Below, piece after piece: positions 10,600-15,304 of a DNA stretch of 15,304 nucleotides (its first letter is position 1; the number at the start of each line of letters is the position of its first letter). Made by a program: the position numbers and the translations under genes. The stretch is from a virus (taxonomy: Duplodnaviria > Heunggongvirae > Uroviricota > Caudoviricetes), in IMG/VR virus record IMGVR_UViG_638341087_000005; one strand, 5' to 3'. The notes under the pieces were generated by a model. The model saw only the letters and a program-made list of their open reading frames with translations, was not told where the DNA came from and ran no database searches.

Positions 10600-11031
10600 T
10601 CAGCTCGCCGTCGAAGACTTTCCCGCAGAAAAATCATCATCAGTCAGCGCGTTATTTTTCGCCACTTCGGTGNTNTCNGTATCCNCATGAACAGCCCCGC
10701 TCATCCCGGACAGACGCAACACCACGTCTTCCGCCCGGGCAATGGCATCAGCAGGCCAGGTGGTGAGCACCTCCTGTTCGATCTGCATCACAGCCTCATT
10801 CATTGATGGTGACTCCGTTTTCTGTGGATGGTTATGCCACAGGGACATCGCCACCAGAAACGCGCCGGTTCTGACAAGGTCTTCCACGCTCACCTGCAGG
10901 TTACCGCTGGCTTCAGCCTGTTCTGCCCGTCGTTTCAGCAGGGCAAGATGCTCGATACGCTGCAGCGCAGACAGCTCGGAAAGCGTGACGGACACACCGT
11001 TATATTCAAATTGTTCGGTTTTCAGAAACAT
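10600..11031 (-). CDS. G: tail assembly chaperone G
   Basis: 143-aa ORF MFLKTEQFEYNGVSVTLSELSALQRIEHLALLKRRAEQAE...AMSLWHNHPQKTESPSMNEAVMQIEQEVLTTWP..., near-identical in pattern to lambda gpG (140 aa). N's at 10673-10685 give X residues. Confidence 0.9.
   Translation of the reverse strand: MFLKTEQFEYNGVSVTLSELSALQRIEHLALLKRRAEQAEASGNLQVSVEDLVRTGAFLVAMSLWHNHPQKTESPSMNEAVMQIEQEVLTTWPADAIARAEDVVLRLSGMSGAVHXDXXXTEVAKNNALTDDDFSAGKSSTAS
10618..10624 (-). other. programmed -1 ribosomal frameshift slippery heptamer G GGA AAG (G to G-T)
   Basis: Minus-strand sequence GCG GGA AAG in the G zero frame, 5 codons before the G stop; the T frame is -1 relative to G. Same heptamer and position as the lambda G-T frameshift site. 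Confidence 0.8.
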
Positions 11032-11044
11032 GTATGACCTCCGT

Positions 11045-11797
11045 TTACCCTGCAGCGCCCGCTTCAGTAACGGTGACTTCAGCTACCGTGGCAAACTGAC
11101 CATTACCGGAAATCACGGGGATACTCACTTTTCCAGCCTTAACCCCCGTCACAGTGATCGCCATATCTTTCACAGCAATGGTTCCCGTTGACGGATCGGC
11201 GGAAACCGCTCTGAACGTTTTGTCGGTTGCACTTTCCGGCTCAAAAGAAACCGTCAGGGTTGTTGTTTTCCCTTTTGCCACCGTACCAGATGTCGGCGTC
11301 ACCTTAATCGCAGTGACCGGCGTAATTTCGCTGCGTTCTTCCGCCACAGAAGGTTTGCCCACGTTGGTCACTTTCACCGTACGGGTGATCACTTCCTTCG
11401 CCGTTACGGCCTTACCGATACTGCTGACCCAGCCACGGAACACATCCACCGTGCCGTTCGGGAAACGGATTTTATAGGCCCGCACATCCCCGCTTTCAAA
11501 CCAGCCTATAAGCCCTTTCTGACCTTCTTCTCCCGGTTTCCAGGCCAGCGTAAAACTGGTATCTCCTGCAGACTTCTGCCCCTGCCCGGTCGCAGTCCAG
11601 TCCGCGTCTTCATCATCCAGGTAGTTATCATCGTAGGGTTCTGCCGTCATCTCGCCCGGCGTCAGATCCTTTACCTGTGCCAGTCGCTGCCAGTTATCGT
11701 CTGACAACGGGTTTGCATAGGCATCACCCTGACCGTTATAAACCCACAGGGTGGTACCGGCACCTTTTACCGGTGCCAGAGGATTTGGTGTTGGCAT
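11045..11797 (-). CDS. V: major tail tube protein V (with C-terminal Ig-like domain)
   Basis: 250-aa [60 protein letters not shown]... matching lambda gpV (246 aa). C-terminal part (...[46 protein letters not shown]...) resembles a Big_2 Ig-like domain. Confidence 0.92.
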   Translation of the reverse strand: MPTPNPLAPVKGAGTTLWVYNGQGDAYANPLSDDNWQRLAQVKDLTPGEMTAEPYDDNYLDDEDADWTATGQGQKSAGDTSFTLAWKPGEEGQKGLIGWFESGDVRAYKIRFPNGTVDVFRGWVSSIGKAVTAKEVITRTVKVTNVGKPSVAEERSEITPVTAIKVTPTSGTVAKGKTTTLTVSFEPESATDKTFRAVSADPSTGTIAVKDMAITVTGVKAGKVSIPVISGNGQFATVAEVTVTEAGAAG

Positions 11798-11804
11798 ATC
11801 GTCC

Positions 11805-12200
11805 TCACATCTCGTATGTAATGGAATAAGTCAAATCAGCAGAACTCCATAACGCCATATCGTCATCACGACGATACTCATAGCCCTGCGTAACCATCGT
11901 GGTAATCAGGCCTGACAGTGCCGGGATCGCACTCATCGCCGGATAAATCCGGCTTTCCATCCACGAATCCAGCTCTGAATCCGGCACCTGAGCAGGCAGG
12001 AAAACTTCAATATGCAGCTCCGCCTGCCAGGTATCGCTGTCCAGCGCTTCGCCCGTGTATTCAGCGCCGGTGAGATAAACAGCAATTGCCGGAAAATCCG
12101 CCTCATCAAAAACAGCGGGGCGACCATCAAACAGCGTCGCCCCGTGTTCATGCTGCTCGAGTGCATCCAGCACTGCAGCACGGATATCAGTATGTTTCAT
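11805..12200 (-). CDS. U: tail tube terminator protein U
   Basis: 131-aa [90 protein letters not shown]... near-identical to lambda gpU (131 aa). ATGA overlap with Z. Confidence 0.93.
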   Translation of the reverse strand: MKHTDIRAAVLDALEQHEHGATLFDGRPAVFDEADFPAIAVYLTGAEYTGEALDSDTWQAELHIEVFLPAQVPDSELDSWMESRIYPAMSAIPALSGLITTMVTQGYEYRRDDDMALWSSADLTYSITYEM

Positions 12201-12772
12201 CGCTTTATCACAATCCTTAGTTGTTGTTTCAACGCATAGCCCAGTTCTTTTGGCAGACGTTCTCGCCGGATACGGTTAACGTTCTCATCAAAAGCCTGCT
12301 TCAGTGGGGCCGCCATCGGAATTTTAACCACCTGAATGGGAAGACGATTACGCTTTTTCCTTCCTTTATCGTCATTGCCCTTCGCATACCGGGCTTCTGG
12401 CAAACGTTGCATAACATGCCAGCGCCCATTATTTAATCGCTGGATGAATGCCCGCTGATAACGATGCTGACCGGCTTTAAGTATGCTGTTCGGACGATGA
12501 CCAAGCATCCTGATCCCCAGCTTAATAGCAGGGAGATCACCGCGGTTAACGATAATTCTGGCATTCGGATTTCTGACCGTCGCCCGTTTCAGTCTGGACC
12601 GTTCCTTTACCAGTTTCCGGCTCACCCTGGTCTCCCGGGCAACCTGTGATGAAGACTGATTAATCGCCGTTGTAGCCACGCGGTTAATAGCCATTGCTGA
12701 AGCCGACGGAATGGCGTTTTTACGAACCCGGCTCAGATTTTCAATCGCCTGATCAAGCCCTTTTATCGCCAT
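12197..12772 (-). CDS. Z: tail completion protein Z
   Basis: 191-aa ORF MAIKGLDQAIENLSRV...AMAINRVATTAINQSSSQVARETRVSRKLVKERSRLKRATV...[24 protein letters not shown] matching lambda gpZ (192 aa). Confidence 0.92.
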   Translation of the reverse strand: MAIKGLDQAIENLSRVRKNAIPSASAMAINRVATTAINQSSSQVARETRVSRKLVKERSRLKRATVRNPNARIIVNRGDLPAIKLGIRMLGHRPNSILKAGQHRYQRAFIQRLNNGRWHVMQRLPEARYAKGNDDKGRKKRNRLPIQVVKIPMAAPLKQAFDENVNRIRRERLPKELGYALKQQLRIVIKR

Positions 12773-12786
12773 AATTCACCCTGCGT

Positions 12787-13140
12787 TTATCGTCGCCGGT
12801 TAACTGCGGGTGGTTGCCCACGGTTCAGCCAGAGATAACAACTGCCCCCGTCATCCGGAGAAACACGATCCACCCAGAACGTCTCACCATTAATGGTCAA
12901 CGTGTCACCACGCCGCACGGCACGAACCGTATCCGTCCGCACAAATAATGACGGGCTGCTTCCTTCAATACGGATCCCACTACTGGCAAACCCCAGCGAC
13001 TCCGGATCGTCAAAAACCCCCTGAACTTCGCCGCCACGCTGTGCACCGGAGGTGAACTGCGCACTGATGCCCATCACTTCAACAATCGTACTGTCCACCC
13101 CGGCAAGGGCGGCATCAAAGGCATTCTGAAAATCACGCAT
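12787..13140 (-). CDS. FII: head-tail joining (head completion) protein FII
   Basis: Start chosen at ATG 13140 (MRDFQNAFDAALAGVDSTIVEVMGISAQFTSGAQRGGEVQGVFDDPES...SSPSLFVRTDTVRAVRRGDTLTINGETFWVDRVSPDDGGSCYLWLNRGQPPAVNRRR), giving 117 aa as in lambda gpFII. The upstream ATG at 13176 lacks a Shine-Dalgarno and adds 12 non-conserved residues. Confidence 0.88.
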   Translation of the reverse strand: MRDFQNAFDAALAGVDSTIVEVMGISAQFTSGAQRGGEVQGVFDDPESLGFASSGIRIEGSSPSLFVRTDTVRAVRRGDTLTINGETFWVDRVSPDDGGSCYLWLNRGQPPAVNRRR

Positions 13141-13507
13141 AAACAGCCATTCCACCATCAACGTGTGTTTTTGCATCTGAGGACATAATCAGAATCACCC
13201 GACCAACATCCGCAAGCTCAACGGATTCCCCCGTTTCACCATCAACGCCACAGAGATGGAGGCAGGTCAGAACTCTGATGCGCGTTAACGCGCCGGATGT
13301 TTCCTCACGAACATCATGAGCCGCGTTTTCCCTCTCCCGGATATCCATATTCATAACCTGTACATCATCGCCGGATGACTGCATTTCCTCTTCCCATTCT
13401 GCCACCCGCTGCGCTATCTCTGCGGCACTCCCGGATATATCCGGCTCACGCCCCAGAATCAGGGCCAGTTCATCAAGCCGTTTCAGATTTTGCTCTTTCG
13501 TTGCCAT
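13133..13507 (-). CDS. FI: DNA packaging protein FI
   Basis: Start at ATG 13507 (MATKEQNLKRLDELALILGREPDISGSAAEIAQRVAEWEEEM...), preceded by SD GGGGGA; 124 aa. Position between E and FII and the acidic N-terminal half are consistent with lambda gpFI (132 aa). The ORF-track start at 13555 would lie inside the terminator hairpin. Confidence 0.82.
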   Translation of the reverse strand: MATKEQNLKRLDELALILGREPDISGSAAEIAQRVAEWEEEMQSSGDDVQVMNMDIRERENAAHDVREETSGALTRIRVLTCLHLCGVDGETGESVELADVGRVILIMSSDAKTHVDGGMAVYA

Positions 13508-13519
13508 ATCATCCCCCTG

Positions 13520-13550
13520 TGAAAAAAGACACGGGGGCATTTCGCCCCCG
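13520..13550 (-). terminator. intrinsic terminator/attenuator between E and FI
   Basis: Perfect 7-bp GC stem CGGGGGC (13532-13538) / GCCCCCG (13544-13550) with 5-nt loop. On the minus strand it is followed by UGUCUUUUUUC (complement of 13520-13530). It lies between the E stop (13559) and the FI RBS. Confidence 0.5.
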
Positions 13551-13558
13551 CTCACGGA

Positions 13559-14587
13559 TTATTTCACCTGTACCACCACAAACTCATCCGGGTCCGGCAA
13601 CACCATCAGCGGCGCGGACTGCGTCATGGTAAATTCACGGGCGGGATCCCCCACCGTCAGCCAGTGTTTCGGATAACGGGAAGAGGCCACCACACCTTCG
13701 GACAACGCCTGCGCATCCTGAATGGCACCATAGCAACGAATGCCCTCTGCTGCCGTATTCCCCAGGACCAGCGAGCCCTCAGGCAGATAACGTTTTTCGG
13801 TACCGTCCTCTGCCACATAAGACGTTTTTGCCACCACAATGGCCAGATCGCCGTAATACCCTTTGAAGGACACCACCGCGCCCAGGTCTTTCACCGCTGT
13901 TTCGAGTTGAGAATTTGAACCGCGACGGGTATCCAGTTTTTCGCGGAACAATTTAAAGCCATTCAGCAGACGCCAGACGGTACCGTCCATAATGGCAATA
14001 TTCACAAGACCGCTGGCCTGGTCGCAGTAGAGGTCAAGATCATGTGTAGGATCGAACGTGTCACGATCCTGTTTTGACCACTCCTTACCACTACCCTGAG
14101 TGATGTTATTCTTCGTCGACCTGCCAAAATCGACCTCAATTTTCTCGAACTGGTCTCCTTCCATCGTGTATTTGCCATACAGCACGGCATTCACCGCCTG
14201 CATTTCTTCCACCTGGACAATGGCGTGCTCTTCCTGTTTGAGGTTATCAGTGATGATACGCAGACGACGGTAGGCCGGGTCGTTCAGCTGAGCCGGATCT
14301 TCACCGGGAAGACGCTCAACCGCCTGCTGGTAATTAAATTCGTGTTTCGGCTTGACGTAGCCCGGACGTAACACGCGGGTTTCACCACCACGATGACGCA
14401 GCACTTTTCCTTCAACAACCGGGGAGACATAGGCCGCCACCGGCGTTTTTCCGGTAATTTTGTCCAGCATCACCTCTTCGGTATGGAAATTCACCGTACG
14501 GCGGAAAAACAGCTCCAGAAACAGCGCACGAAATTTCACTTTTTGTTCGGTATAACCGAGTAACTGGCGGGTCGTAAACAATCCCAT
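13559..14587 (-). CDS. E: major capsid protein E
   Basis: 342-aa ORF; long colinear matches to lambda gpE (341 aa), e.g. PGYVKPKHEFN, QVEEMQAVNAVLYGKYTMEGD, NNITQGSGKEWSK, KLDTRRGSNSQLETAVKDLG, YPKHWLTVGDPAREFTMTQSAPLM. SD AAAGGAA upstream. Confidence 0.95.
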   Translation of the reverse strand: MGLFTTRQLLGYTEQKVKFRALFLELFFRRTVNFHTEEVMLDKITGKTPVAAYVSPVVEGKVLRHRGGETRVLRPGYVKPKHEFNYQQAVERLPGEDPAQLNDPAYRRLRIITDNLKQEEHAIVQVEEMQAVNAVLYGKYTMEGDQFEKIEVDFGRSTKNNITQGSGKEWSKQDRDTFDPTHDLDLYCDQASGLVNIAIMDGTVWRLLNGFKLFREKLDTRRGSNSQLETAVKDLGAVVSFKGYYGDLAIVVAKTSYVAEDGTEKRYLPEGSLVLGNTAAEGIRCYGAIQDAQALSEGVVASSRYPKHWLTVGDPAREFTMTQSAPLMVLPDPDEFVVVQVK

Positions 14588-14617
14588 AAATCAGTTCCTT
14601 TCATTCAGAAATCAGTC

Positions 14618-14635
14618 AGGCCACCGCGGTGGCCT
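14618..14635 (-). other. perfect 18-bp palindrome in the D-E intergenic region (possible RNA stem-loop)
   Basis: AGGCCACCGCGGTGGCCT is its own reverse complement. It lies between the D stop (14645) and the E start (14587) and is followed on the minus strand by only a weak U-rich stretch (gacugauuucug). Confidence 0.3.
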
Positions 14636-14644
14636 GATAACGTG

Positions 14645-14992
14645 TTACGGCAGCGCCGCGTGACTCAGGGCACTGCCGGCAAAGGCATTTGCCTTTTTGT
14701 GTTCATCCACACTTTCAGGCCAGCGGATTGCCTCCGTCGCAAAGGTCCCCGACTTGTAATAGGTCAGTACCGTCTCTGTGCCTTCAAGCGGCAGTACCAG
14801 TATGCCAACTGCACTACCGGCTTTCTGTCCGTCCCAGACCACCAGTTTCCCGCTGGCTTCATCCAGCATCAGGGGCGTCAGTGCCGGTGTTGCCGAGGAA
14901 ATCCCGCTGCTGCCTGTGGCGGTATGAGCCGGATCATTACCGGCAAAAATACGTACTTCCGCACGCTGTTCAGTGATGGTTTTCGTTACCAT
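14645..14992 (-). CDS. D: head decoration protein D
   Basis: 115-aa ORF; ...NDPAHTATGSSGISSATPALTPLMLDEASGKLVVWDGQKAGSAVGILVLPLEGTETVLTYYKSGTFATEAIRWPESVDEHKKANAFAGSA... aligns with lambda gpD (110 aa: [37 protein letters not shown]...TFYKSGTF...TAFAG). SD AGGAGG 9 nt upstream of the ATG at 14992. Confidence 0.93.
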   Translation of the reverse strand: MVTKTITEQRAEVRIFAGNDPAHTATGSSGISSATPALTPLMLDEASGKLVVWDGQKAGSAVGILVLPLEGTETVLTYYKSGTFATEAIRWPESVDEHKKANAFAGSALSHAALP

Positions 14993-15028
14993 ATTGTAAA
15001 AACCTCCTGTTGATGATCAGCACTGACT

Positions 15029-15304
15029 TCATGGCATGGCCATGAGCATTTTCACGTCCGCATCACCGTCTGCTGACATCTGTGGCACGCCACCCTGTAC
15101 CGCTGCCGGTGAATGGTTCGCCATGATGCGTTCAAACAGGGCGGTTGTGGATGCAGAGACCGGTTCTGCCTTACCTGATCCCGCAGCCAGCACAGCCCGG
15201 GCGCTCTCCACAGTCATTCCCGGGCAGGCAGCCAGTTGTTCAGCCTGCGCCTCAGCCCCTTTTGCCTCATCCAGTGCCATGATCTGATCACGGAGTGAGG
15301 GTCC
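15029..15304 (-). CDS. Nu3: head scaffolding protein Nu3 / C-terminal part of capsid assembly protease C (partial; 5' end beyond window)
   Basis: Minus-strand frame is open from the window edge (15304) to the stop at 15029 (...IMALDEAKGAEAQAEQLAACPGMTVESARAVLAAGSGKAEPVSASTTALFERIMANHSPAAVQ...). The Ala-rich helical composition and position immediately upstream of D match lambda C/Nu3. Assignment is mainly by synteny; I cannot recall the lambda Nu3 sequence well enough to align it. Confidence 0.6.
   Translation of the reverse strand, partial: GPSLRDQIMALDEAKGAEAQAEQLAACPGMTVESARAVLAAGSGKAEPVSASTTALFERIMANHSPAAVQGGVPQMSADGDADVKMLMAMP

Noticed and set aside
10403-10766. Small + strand ORFs (95 aa and 79 aa) near the G-T junction
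   Set aside because: Antisense to G/T, which are lambda-colinear; no SD; they contain X residues from N's. Spurious.
13140-13176. Alternative FII start at ATG 13176 and FI start at 13555
   Set aside because: The extra N-terminal residues are not conserved and lack ribosome-binding sites. The start at 13555 would place the FI initiation codon inside the E-FI terminator stem. Starts at 13140 (FII) and 13507 (FI) fit the lambda protein lengths and have SD sequences.

Overview
The window is a contiguous lambda-like (lambdoid) prophage head-and-tail morphogenesis module, read entirely on the minus strand. Gene order from high to low coordinate is: Nu3/C scaffold 3' end (partial) - D - E - FI - FII - Z - U - V - G/G-T (programmed -1 frameshift) - H - M - L - K - I - J - lom - stf (partial, runs off the window start). 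Order, overlaps (H/M ATGA, M/L 1 bp, K/I about 103 bp, Z/U ATGA) and protein sequences match phage lambda as I recall it, so the host is most likely E. coli, Shigella or a close relative. No tRNA, rRNA, CRISPR array, IS element or inserted defence/cargo gene was found; lom is the only classical moron. I do not see an obviously novel protein-coding system here. The best candidate for something unannotated is the enlarged I-J spacer (about 244 bp against about 60 bp in lambda), which carries a promoter-like element and a strong terminator on the strand opposite to the tail operon, consistent with a small RNA. The sequence is draft quality (about 35 N's), and the tape-measure gene H is broken into three frames by single-base indels, one sitting exactly on an N, so these are more likely base-calling errors than true pseudogenisation. 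All identifications rest on my reading of the translated ORFs and recalled lambda sequences; no database search was run.
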